Positions 11,811 to 22,776 of a stretch of DNA of 64,000 nt are shown piece after piece. A program made the position numbers and the translations under genes. Location: assembly GCA_030390025.1 (NCBI GenBank), contig CM059453.1, positions 248,001 through 312,000 of the forward strand, written 5' to 3'. The notes beneath the pieces are model-generated. The model was not told the origin of the DNA and did no database searches. It saw only the letters and a program-made list of their open reading frames with translations. Position 1 is the first letter of the stretch. Each line of letters begins with the position of its first letter. The DNA comes from Squalus acanthias. Its lineage: Eukaryota.

Positions 11811-12236
11811 TAATGCGGATCAGCCGGTGTTGGACTGGGGTGGACAAAAATGAGAAGTCGCACAACACCAGGTTATAGTCCAACAGTTTTATTTGAAATT
11901 ACGAGCTTTCGGAGCTCTGCTGCTTCTTCAGGTACAGTGAGGGAATACAAATCGATTACACAGTATATATAGACAGAGAACAATGTGTCTGCAGAGATAC
12001 ATTCCGTCAGGGAGGCACATCAGAGTACAGCTGAGACAATGAGGTGGGTCACAGGGGGTCCAACGTGTCAAATTATGCCGTCTGCAGTTAAGCTTTTAAC
12101 TTTAAAAAAAAACTGGAAAACCAGACAACGATGTCCAGTCACGTTCTGTAGCGTGACATGAACCCGAGATCCCGTTTGAGGCCGTCCACATGGGTGCGGA
12201 ACTTGGCTATCAGTTTCTGCTCGATTATTTTGATAA
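11811..12236 (-). mobile_element. Penelope-like element 3' fragment (GIY-YIG C-terminus and pLTR), specific to unit 1
   Basis: 12222-12139 reads EQKLIAKFRTHVDGLKRDLGFMSRYRT*. Terminal ctgttggactataacctggtgttgtgcgacttctc..gtccaccccagtccaacaccggc. Confidence 0.85.
11900..11934 (-). ncRNA. Minimal type I hammerhead motif (one stem II mismatch)
   Basis: UAC-CUGAAGA-A-GCAGC AGA GCUCC-GAAA-GC-UC-GUA. Confidence 0.5.
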
Positions 12237-12535
12237 TACAGAGGACAGTGAGGTCAGAGTGGGAATGGGGAGCTGAATTAAAGTTTGTTTCTTACTTTAC
12301 AAACCGGTAGCGAATGCAGTGAGAGTAATCCAGAGAAAAAGAGTTCAAATCTAAACATGGCAGTTTGAGAATGTGAATGCAGGTTTTACAAATCTGCACA
12401 TAAAAAAGCTGGAATCTCTGCACTTGCTTGTTGCTGGTGAATGCTACTCAGTCGAATCAAACTCAGTGCGGCCATGGATGAGAATGAAATACATTCTTTG
12501 CCATCGTATGCCTAGGCAGCATGTCGAAAAATATT

Positions 12536-12908
12536 AACGCTATAGAACGTTACTTGACATCGTTGCCAGTCTTTCCAGTTTAAAAAAAAACAAGAAACAA
12601 ACACAAAAAATGGAGAGGATATGCAGCCAGCAGGTGCTCTGACGCGTTGGACCCCCTGGGACACATCTCATTGTCTTGGCTGTGCTCTTAGTGTGTCTTT
12701 GATGTAGGGAAAGATTTAATCTATGCATTTTCTCTGTGTTTTTATATTCTGTGAATTCTGATAGATTCTCTCACAGTAACTTTGCCTGACGAAGGGGCGA
12801 CAGCTCCGAAAGCTTGTAATTTTAAATAAATCTGTTGGACTATAACCTGGTGTTGTGCGACTTCTCATTTTTGTCCACCCCAGTCCAACGCCGGCATCTC
12901 CGCATCAT
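12536..12908 (+). mobile_element. Penelope-like element 3' UTR/pLTR insertion with 10-bp TSD
   Basis: GAAAAATATT at 12526-12535 and 12909-12918; a single copy at the empty site near 50514. Same terminus as 11811-12236. Confidence 0.88.
12782..12819 (+). ncRNA. Minimal type I hammerhead motif
   Basis: UUGC-CUGACGA-A-GGGGC GACA GCUCC-GAAA-GC-UU-GUAA. Confidence 0.62.
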
Positions 12909-13164
12909 GAAAAATATTCTAATCATGAAGCTCAAGTTGAATTAATTGCAGACCCGCCACTTTATAATTCCAAACTTTCAGAAGGATACCGATGGAATCA
13001 GAATAAATAGAAAGTTTAGCTGCTGTAGTGAAGGAAACTGCTGGAAGTTGACAGGAAGGTGAAGGTTTATTATTCTTGGCTGGGAGAGTGTCCAAATCTA
13101 ACCCCACAACCGACAGAGTCAACGGTATCCGGCAGTGCTATTTAACAACATAATAGGGAGGGGA

Positions 13165-14052
13165 CCCCTCCAGAGACTTGAGCAGAAAAATCTAGCCTGA
13201 CACTCCAGTGCAGTACTGAGGGAGCGCTGCATTGTGGGAGGGGCAGTACTGAGGGAGCGCTGCACTGTGGCAGGGGCAGTACTGAGGGAGCGCTGCACTG
13301 TGGCAGGGGCAGTACTGAGGGAGCGCTGCACTGTCGGAGGGGCAGTACTGAAGGAGCGCTGCACTGTCGGAGGGGCAGTACTGAAGGAGCGGCGCACTGT
13401 TGGAGGGGCTGTACTACGGGAGCGCCGCACTGTCGGAGGGGCGGTACTGAGGAAGCGCCGCACTATTGGAGGGACACGAATGGGGGAGCGCTGCACTTTG
13501 GGAGGGGCAGATCTGAGGGAGCGCTGCACTGTCGGCGTGGCAGTCATAAAAGAGCGTGGCATTGTCGGAGCACGGTACTGAGGGAGCGCTACACTATTGG
13601 CGGGTCAGTACTGAAGGCGTGCTGCATTGTCGCAGGGCCAATACTGAGGGAGCGCCGCGCTGTCGGAGGGGCAGTACTGAGGGAGCGCTGCACTGTCGGA
13701 GGGGCAGTACTGAGGGAGTGCTGCACTGTTGGAGGTGTCGTCTTTCGGATGAGACGTTAAAGCAAGGCCTCGTCTGCCCTCACAGGTGGACGTAAAAGAT
13801 CCCATTGCCAGTAATTCGACGAAGAGCAGGGGAATTATCCGCGGTGTCATGCAACAACTTATATCCCTCAATCAACATGACAAAAACAGTAGATCTGGTC
13901 ATTATCAAATTTCTGTTTGTGGGAGCTTGCTTTGCACAAATTGGCTGCTACATTTCCTAAATTACAACAGTGACAATACTTCAAAATTATTTCATTGGCT
14001 GTAAAGCACTTTGGGACGTCCTAAATGGCGCAACAGAAATGCAAGACTTTCT
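13165..14052 (+). mobile_element. DeuSINE (SacSINE1-like) with internal 33-bp tandem expansion
   Basis: ctgacactccagtgcagtactgagggag..tctttcggatgagacgttaaa..caggtggacgtaaaagatccc..ttcattggctgtaaagcactttgggacg. Confidence 0.75.
13209..13735 (+). repeat. 33-bp minisatellite (GCAGTACTGAGGGAGCGCTGCACTGTCGGAGGG), about 16 units
   Basis: 11-aa periodicity in the ORF track; about 6 units at 50818-51015. Confidence 0.92.
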
Positions 14053-14183
14053 GTTATTTTCGTTCCGAAATGAAGTAAATGCTCGAACTGGGAAATAGTT
14101 ATATTATTATTAAAGCAGATAAAAAAGTTTAAAATTACATTGACCATTCCCGCCCCCTTCCTGCACCGCTTCGGAAGTATTTT

Positions 14184-16812
14184 AAGAACATAAGAACATA
14201 AGAAATAGGAGCAGGAGTAGGCCAATCGGCCCCTCGAGCCTGCTCCGCCATTCAATAAGATCATGGCTGATCTGATCCTAACCGCCAATCTACTATCTAC
14301 TATCACAGAACCATCTCCTGCATCTAACAGAATTGCACACACGAAATAGGAGCAAAATCAGGCTACACGGTCCCTGGGCCCGCTCCACTACCCACAGGGC
14401 CATGACCGATCCGAACCTAGACTCATGTCCAAATTCCTGCCCGCTCCCCGTAACCCTTAATGCCCTTTACTTCTAGGAAACTGTCTATTTCTGTTTTAAA
14501 TTTATTTAATGATGTAGCTTCTACAGCTTTTTGTGGCAGCATATTCCATGGACCTACCACCCTCTGAGTGAAGTAGTTCCTCCTCATCTCAGTTTTGAAA
14601 GAGCAGCCCCTTATTCTAAGACTATGTCCCCTAGTTCTAGTCTCACCCGTCATCGGGAATATCCTCCCCGCATCCACCCGATCCAACCCCTTCACAATCT
14701 TATATTTTCAATAAGATCGCCCCTCATTCTTCTGAACTCCAATGAGTAGAGTCCCAATCTACACAACCTCTCCTCATATGACCACCCCCTCATCCCCGGG
14801 AGTAACCAAGTGAACCTTTTTTGCACTGCCTCGAGAGCAAGGATGTCTTTCCTTAAGTAAGGACACCACAACTGTATGCAGTATTCCAGGTGCGGTCTCA
14901 CCAATACCTTGTACAACTGAAGCAATACCTCCCTATTTTTATATTCTATCCCCCTAGCAATGAAAGCCAACATTCCATTTGCCTTCTTAATCACTTGCTG
15001 CACCTGCATACTAACCTTTTGAGTTTCGTGCACCAGGACCCCCAGATCCCTTTGCACTTCAGTACTCTCCAGTTTCTTGCCATTAAGATAATAAATTGCT
15101 CTAGGATTTTTCCTGCCAAAGTGCATCACCTCACACTTTCCAGTGTTATATTCCATCTGCCAACTCTCTGCCCACTTACTTAGCCTGTCTATGTCCCCTT
15201 GCAGGTTTTTTATGTCCTCCTCACTCACTACTTTCCCTCCCATCTTAGTATCATCTGCAAATTTTGATATGTTACACTTGGTCCCTTCCTCCAAATCGTT
15301 AATATAGATTGTAAAGAATTGGGGACCCAGCACTGACCCCTGTGGAACACCACTAGTTACTGATTGCCAGTCTGAGAATGAACCATTTATCCCAACTCTT
15401 TGCTTTATGTTAGATAGCCAATCCTCTATCCATGCCAGAATATTACCCCCAATCCCGTGATTTTTTACCTTAAGCAATAATCTTTTGTGTGGCACCTTGT
15501 CAAATGCCTTTCAGAAGTCTAAATACACTACGTCTACTGGTTCCCCTTTATCCACTCTATATGTTACTTCCTCAAAGAACTCCAGCAAATTTGTCAAACA
15601 TGACTTCCCCTTCGTAAAACCATGCTGACTTTGTCCTATTAAATTATGATTATCCAAATGTCCTGTTACTGTTTCCTTAATAATGGACTCCAAAATTTTA
15701 CCTACCACAGATGTTAGGCTAACCGGTCTATAGTTACCAGCCTTCTGTCTACTGCCCTTTTTAAATAAAGGTGTTACATTAGCAGTTTTCCAGTCTGCCG
15801 GGACCTTAGCAGAATCCAGGAAGTTCTGAAAAATTATTACCAATGCATGTACAATCCTTACCGCCACTTCCTTCAAGACTCTAGGATGTAAGCCATCAGG
15901 TCCAGGTGATTTATCCGCCTTGAGTCCCATTATTTTACCGAGTACCACTTCCTTAGTGATTTTGATCGTGTTTAGCTCCTCTCCCCCTATAGCCCCCTGT
16001 TTGTCCAGTGTTGGGATATTCTTAGTGTCCTCTACTGTAAAGACTGATACAAAATATTCATTCAGTGTTTTTGCCATCTCCATATTTCCCACCATTAATT
16101 TCCCGGTCTCATCCTCTAAGGGACCAACATTTACTTTAGCCACCCTTTTTCTTTTTATATAAGTATAAAAACTCTTACTATATGTGTTTATATTTTTTGC
16201 TAATTTACTTTCATAATCTATCTTCCCTTTCTTAATCAATCTTTTTGTTATTTTTTGCTGCCTTTTAAAGTTTTCCCAATCCTCTGTCCTCCCACTAGAT
16301 TTCGCTACCTTATATGCCCTTGTTTTTAGTCGAATACTATCCTTAATTTCTTTACTTAGCCACGGATGACTGTCCTTTCTTTTACACCCTTTTCTTTTCA
16401 GTGGAATATATATTTTTTGGAAGTTGTAAAATAACTCCTTGAATGTACACCACTGATCATGTGTCATCTTACCCTTTAATCTATTTTCCCAATCCACTCT
16501 ACTCAATTCCGCTCGCATACCTTCATAGTCTCCTTTATTCAAGCTTAGCACGCTTGTTTGAGATCCAACCTTCTCACCCTCTAATTGAATATGGAATTCA
16601 ACCATGTTATGGTCACTCATTCCAAGGGGATCCTTTACTAGGACATTTTTAATTAATCCTGTCTCGTTACACAGGACCAGATCTAAGGTTGCTTGCCCCC
16701 TGGTCGGTTCAGTTACATACTGCTCAAGAAACCCATCCCTAATACACTCAATGAACTCATCCTCAAGGCAGCCCTGCCCCATTTGATTTGTCCAATTAAT
16801 ATGGTAGTTAAA
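14184..16812 (-). mobile_element. Young 5'-truncated CR1 LINE (ORF2 from end of endonuclease through RT), specific to unit 1
   Basis: ORFs 16782-15511, 15495-14692 and 14695-14423 carry KSPGPDG, NYRPVSLTS, GVPQGSVLGP and KFADDTK, with only one stop and one frameshift. (TTCTTATG)n tail. Empty site near 51455; possible ATTTT target duplication at 14179-14183 and 16813-16817. Confidence 0.96.
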
Positions 16813-19573
16813 ATTTTGGGAGTGAACAATCTATGGATTGTAAATCAAATCGTATCAGGAAAAGATTTTAAAATGTTAGCTATTTCTCTCGGAAAGATAT
16901 CCATTATCACAACACTTCCTGGATTGCAAGTTTTTGTTCGAACTCATAAAAAACAATTGTGTGAAGATATTGCCCAGTTCCATCTGTCACAATAGGGTGA
17001 ATGCCGCTGATTTTCATTTGCTTTTAATTGCGGCTTATTCACTGGACTCCTCGTGCTGGAGATATCGCTCCTGCTTTCGAACGTTTGAAACACTGACAGC
17101 TGCATACAGGACCTCTTCACTTTGAGCTGACTGGTTTGATGGAGCCCCTCTCACACCAATGTTTCTATACTTGTCTTGTCTCTGTAACAGAAAGTACTGC
17201 GTTAGATGTGGAGGTACTGAACCGGGTGAGACTGCGCTTACTATTTCAGAATAACCCGCTTTATTCCATCACTGCCACTATTTTAATGGTCCTATTCAGC
17301 TCCTTCTGCCTCGAAAAGGAATCCTTGGGCGTCCGCTGGCCCCGAGTACCGGCGCGCCAAGAGTATTGCCCCCTCCTCAATACTTAGCCGACTGATTCAG
17401 ATAGCGCCGCGAACGTTCAGAGGAGCGCTACCAAACAATATTGGAGACCGACCATTAATGTCCCTTTATATATTTAATAGGTTCACATAACACTTACATC
17501 GCACAGAGATCTGATTGGAGCTGTTTGCGGTGCCCAGGGTATTTCCAGCCACGCACCAATACTCCCCCTCATCTTCAGAACTAATGCTGTGAAATATCTG
17601 CTTTAGTTCACCGGTGGAAGACCTGCTGATCTCTGCACCATCTCGGAGCAATTTTAATCTGACCAGCGGGTACCCCATGGCCGTTCAGTATAATAATAAT
17701 GAGCATCCTTCCACTGTTACTATTGAGGAATTGAGGCACGGTTTCCTCAGTGCATCTGAAACACCCAAGATCATTGGTGTTATCGGAAAATGTCGGAGCA
17801 GAGGTATAAAATCAATCCGGTTGACAACCAAATAACAATATTAAAGCAGATTTGGTGGTTATATTGTCAACTGTAAATTGAAAAGCCAGCTTGAGATTGT
17901 TGATGTTCCACCGACAAGCTTATTTAGATCTGAAACATGCTTTAACTCAACCTTTCCTCCTCTTCTCTTCAAAGAGTTGTAGTGACAGCCTGGTCGTGGT
18001 TCTGCTCCACAGATACGTCAATCAAGCGGCCATTCCTCCCAGAGCAAGAACAGTGGGCTTTCCCATCCCTTAAACAGAGCTGTTGAGGCCAATTGTAGTA
18101 TCGCGACCACCGCCCCAGCCAACTCGACACAGACCCTCTGTTTCAGGTACTCTCTGGCTGCAGCTATATCAGGAATTGGGAGCTTTTGCAATAATATTTG
18201 ACGTAAACGACAACCATGGAGCGACAAATATTACTCCATGGATCTGTATCAGTGTTAAATAATACAACTTACAATAAATCTCAGATAGTCAATTTGGTTC
18301 ATTTTTTAAAGAAACATAGGCCATTCAGCACCTCGAGTCTGATCCACTGATCAATTAGATCATAGTTAATCCATATTTTAACTCCATCTACCCGCCTTTG
18401 CTTTAATGTAACCCTTAATAGCCTTATCTAAAAAAAATCTATCCATCGCAGTTTAGAAATTTTCAATTTTCCAGGCCAGCTATCACTCCACTGAGAATAA
18501 GAACAAGTTTGGATTCTATTTACCAACAGGATGGTAGAAGGAAGGGTACAGCAGTTACTTACAGTCCAGTGTAAGTGTTTCTTGAACGGTACCCACGATA
18601 CCATCAAATACAAGCTTACATCCCATCCTTTTCCCTTTATGGTCCAGTGATGGCGTGAAGGTGAAAGTTGATGAAACCGTCCAGGAACCCTCGAAACTTT
18701 GTCCACTGTGTCTTGAAGTTTTAGTCTCTTGCAGTGAAGGAAGTGTATCGTCGTCCTGAATCCACATCAGTTCAGGTGTGGCGGACGGGCAAGTGTTGGT
18801 GACACAGCAGGTCAAATGTGCTGTTTGTCCAGCAATCAGTCACCCAGAGACTGATATCCATGACTTATCTGTAAGAAGAGAAAAAAATTCGCGTTACACT
18901 TGCTATCAGTATTTAAAAAAAGTAGAGTGAAATTCAAGGCGTTTCAGCCCAACGCCTGAGATAATAGCTTGAATAAAAATTATTGTATTTTTCCATTGTT
19001 CTCTGGTGACGGACACGGACTCGATGGGCCGAATGAACTCCTTCTGTGCCGTTATGGCTCTATCGTGCAGGGGAAGGTGCCTATTGTCAGTTATTACTTA
19101 ACGGTTACAGAATCAATCAGTTGATATATGTGTTCCTCAACCTAATTATCACCCACTATTTCACATGAATTATTCATTCCTTCCAGCTTCTTATAGTTCA
19201 GTCACCACTCTATTGCACACAAGTGTTTCAACTCAAAATTAGTTCAGACAAAACATAGAAAACTGTGTTCAAGATTATGTTTCATATATGCAGTTGGGAT
19301 AGACTCATGGATACTCTTAGTTTCATGGCTCAATGTGACGTGAAATGCTTAATTTACCTGATGAGGCACAGGGGCGAATTTAACTGTTGCTTATAATTCA
19401 TTTGACCTCATTGAAGGTCGTGATAGGAGCGCTGCAGACGGTCTTCAGGGAGAGGAAAAGTTTAACTATCATCCATTGTTCCCATTAACAACAGCGGGAA
19501 AGTGTAAATATATCAGAAGAAAGCAAAAGTGAGAAGTCGCACAACACCAGGTTATAGTCCAACAGTTTTATTT

Positions 19574-19616
19574 GAAATCACAAGCTTTCGGAGCGCTGCT
19601 CCTTCGTCAGGTGAAG
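19574..19616 (-). ncRNA. Minimal type I hammerhead motif (inverted copy)
   Basis: UCAC-CUGACGA-A-GGAGC AGC GCUCC-GAAA-GC-UU-GUGA. Confidence 0.68.
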
Positions 19617-19706
19617 TGAAGAGATGCATATAGGCACAGCATATATAGTCAGAGAACACTGCCAGGTGATTGCAGTTAATCTTTCCAACTGCCCTTTATC
19701 ATAAGT

Positions 19707-19751
19707 GAAGTTGCCTGACGAAGGAGCAGCGCTCCGAAAGCTTGTGATTTC
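19707..19751 (+). ncRNA. Minimal type I hammerhead ribozyme motif in Penelope pLTR
   Basis: Stem I GAAGUUGC/GUGAUUUC, core CUGACGA(A), stem II GGAGC-AGC-GCUCC, GAAA-GC-UU. Predicted cut after 19743. Confidence 0.7.
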
Positions 19752-20369
19752 AAATAAAACTGTTGGGCTATAACCTGGTGTTGTGCGACTTCTCACTTTT
19801 GCTTTCTTCTGATATATTTGCACTTTCCCGCTGTTGTTAATGGGAACAATATATGATAGTTTTGTCCACCCCAGTCCAACACCGGCATCTCCGCATCACA
19901 GAAGAAAGCAAGACCCGGTTCGGGATTCAAGCCCCACTTCAGAGACTAAAGCAGAATCTGTAGCCTGACACTTCATTGCAGTACTGATGCAATACTACAA
20001 TGCTGGAGAAGCCATCTTATGCATGAGACGTTAATCCGATGTCCTGTCTTCCCTCACAGGTGGATGTAAAGGATTCGAATGTATTATTTCAAACGACCCG
20101 TGTCCTGGTTAACATATTGCATCAACCAGCACCTAAAACAGGTAATCTGGTCATTATTGCATAGTTATTCCTCCTATCCTTAAACCTTGTCCACTTATTC
20201 CCCATCAGAAGTACAAACCTTAACATTTTTTTCCAAATCCACTAAGGATTGAATTTTGACCCGCCGGTCTGTAGACCTGAAAACAACATTTAGTGTTTCT
20301 CTTTCTATCTGAACATTACAGCGAGCTTCTGTAAGTTCGTAAGAATGCCAGTGCCGAATATATGTACTG

Positions 20370-22776
20370 GTCAAAACATATCAAGTCAACTGGTCCAGAT
20401 GGGCTGCATCCTAGGTTGCTGAGGAAGCTAGGATGGATATAGAAGAAGCTCTGACCACATTCTTTCAATCTTCCATGGATATTGGAGTGGTACCAGAAGA
20501 CTAGAGGATTTCAAATGTTACACCGCTGTTCAAAAAAGTGGAGACGGATGAACCTGGGAATTGCAGCAAAATTAGTCTAACGTCAGTGGTGGGAAAGCTA
20601 AATAAGTCCACTGTGAAGGACAAGATTAATTCTCACATGGTGAAGCATGGGTAAATTAGGGACAGCCAGAACGGCATAGTTAAAGACAAATCGTGACTCA
20701 CTAACCTGATTGTGTTATTTGATGAGGTACTGCTTGCGGGGAGGTTTTCTGGTACTGTTGGGGTGGTGGGGTGGGCGTGGGGGTTGAACTAACGTGGCAG
20801 GGAGATGGGATATGGAGTAAGGGGTGATGCACAGCCAAATATAGAGGAACAAATAAGTCAGCCTGGAAGGCAGAGCAAATATGTAACGGCACAAGGGTGT
20901 ATGGCAAGGCTAGTTGGCAATTATTTTAATGCAAGGAGTCTAGTGAGAAAGGCAAATGAATTGAAGTTGTTGATGAACACATGGGAGTATGATATTGTTG
21001 CTTACACAGAGACATGGTTGAGGGAGGGGCAGGACTGGCTGCTCAATATTCCGGTGTATAGCATCTTCAGGCGAGACAGAGGGGGGTGTAAAAGAGGAGG
21101 GGTTTCGCAATATTAATAAAGGAGTCAATTACTGCTGTAAGGAGGGATGATGTCTTAGCAGGTTCCTGTAATGAGGCCATATGGGTAAAACTTAAAAACA
21201 AAAAGGAGGCAAGCACTCTGCTGGGAGTATACTATAGGCCCCCAAACATTCAGGGGGAGATATAGGAACAGATATGAAGGCAAATCTCAGAGAAATGTAG
21301 AAATAATAGGGTAATAATAGTAGGGGATTTCAACTTCCCCAATATTAACTGGGATAGTCAAACTCTGAAAGGCTTAGAGGGTGCGGAATTCTTAAAGTGC
21401 ATCCAGGAGAGATTTTTGAGCCAGCATGTGGAAAGTCCTACAAGTGAGAGGGCGGTACTGGACGTAACTCTGGGGAATGTAGCTGGGCAAGTAGTAGAAG
21501 TGTCAGTGGGAGAGCATTTTGGTGACAGTGAACATAATTCGGTGAGATTGAAGTTAGTCATGGATAAGGAAAAAAGATGGACCAGAATAAAGGTTCTAAA
21601 TTGGGGGAATGCCGATTTTAATATGATAAGGCAGGATCTGGCCAAAATGGAGGGATCAGCTACTTGTAGGAAAATCCACATCAGTGCAATGGGAGTCTTT
21701 CAGAAAGGAAATAGAGAGAGTACAACGCAAACATGTTCCCGTAAATGTCAAGGGTGGGACCAACAAGCCCAGGGAACACTGGAGGTCACGGGTTATACAA
21801 GAATGGATGAGGAAAAAAAGGGTGGCTTTTGGCAGATACAAAGGACAAAAAACAGTGGAAGCCCGCGAGGAGTATAGAAAGTGCAGGGGGGTACTTAAAA
21901 AAGAAATTAGGAGAGCGAAGAGGGTGCATGAAAAAACACTAGCAGGCAAAATAAAGGAAAATCCCAAGGTGTTTTATCAATAAATTAAGGGCAACAGGAT
22001 AACCAGGGAAAGAGTAGGGCCCATTAGGGACCAAAGTGGCAATCTGTGCGTAGAGCCGAAAGATGTAGGTGAGGTTCAAAATGAATATTTTGCATCTGTA
22101 TTTACTATGGAGAAGGGTAATGAAGGTATAGAAATCAGGCAGGGGTATTGTGATATCCTTGAAGATAATAGTATTGAGAGGGAGGAGGTACTAAAGGTTT
22201 TAGCCGGCTTAAAAGTGGATAAATCCCCAGGCCCTGACGGGATGTATCCCAGGCTGCTGTGTGAGGCAAGGGAGGAGATTGCAGTGGCTCTGACACAAAT
22301 TTTCAGAACCTCTCTGGCCACAGGGGAACTGCCAGAGGAATGGAGACCAGCTAACTTAGTACCATTGTTCAAGAAGCGCAGTACAGATAAAACAGGGAAT
22401 TACAGGCCAGTGAGCCTAACATCAGTGATAGGAAAGTTATTCAATAAAATTCTGTTGGACAGAATTAGTCTCCACTTGGAGAGGCAGGAATTAATCAGGA
22501 ATAGTCAGCATGGCTTTGTCAGGGGGACATCATATCTGACCAATTTGATTGAATTTTTCGAGGGGGTGACCAGGTGTGTGGATGAGGGTAGTACAGTTGA
22601 TGTAGTCAACATGGACTTCAGTAAGGCTTTTGACAAAGTCCCACATGGGAGATTGGTAAAGAAGGTAACAGCTCATGGGATCCAGGGCAACTTGGCACAT
22701 TGGATCCAAAATTGGCTTCGTGGTGGGCCGAATGGCCTCCTTCTGTGGTGTAAGATTCTATGATTCAATGATTCTA
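20370..22776 (+). mobile_element. Composite CR1: old RT fragment (20370-20727), second CR1 (ORF1 end, APE endonuclease, RT N-part; 20728-22720) and old tail
   Basis: YFNARSL, DIVAYTETWL, GDFNFP, GDSEHN, KSPGPDG and DFSKAFDKVPH motifs; tail ggccgaatggcctccttctgtg..gattctatgatt. Confidence 0.9.

Larger units (their letters stand above)
19527..19898. mobile_element. Penelope-like inverted pLTR pair with 13-bp TSD
   Basis: CAGAAGAAAGCAA at 19514-19526 and 19899-19911; empty site near 54143-54155. 148-bp inverted arms at 19464-19611 and 19714-19861. Confidence 0.88.

Noticed and set aside
9810-13795. Repetitive ORFs (LYHVFFVY)n and (VLRERCTVGGA)n
   Set aside because: Translations of 24-bp and 33-bp minisatellites; not conserved in length in unit 2.
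17685-17687. TGA at the canonical Ig cysteine as selenocysteine
   Set aside because: It occurs alongside other stops, frameshifts, lost splice sites and loss of the core Trp, so it is a simple TGC>TGA nonsense change.
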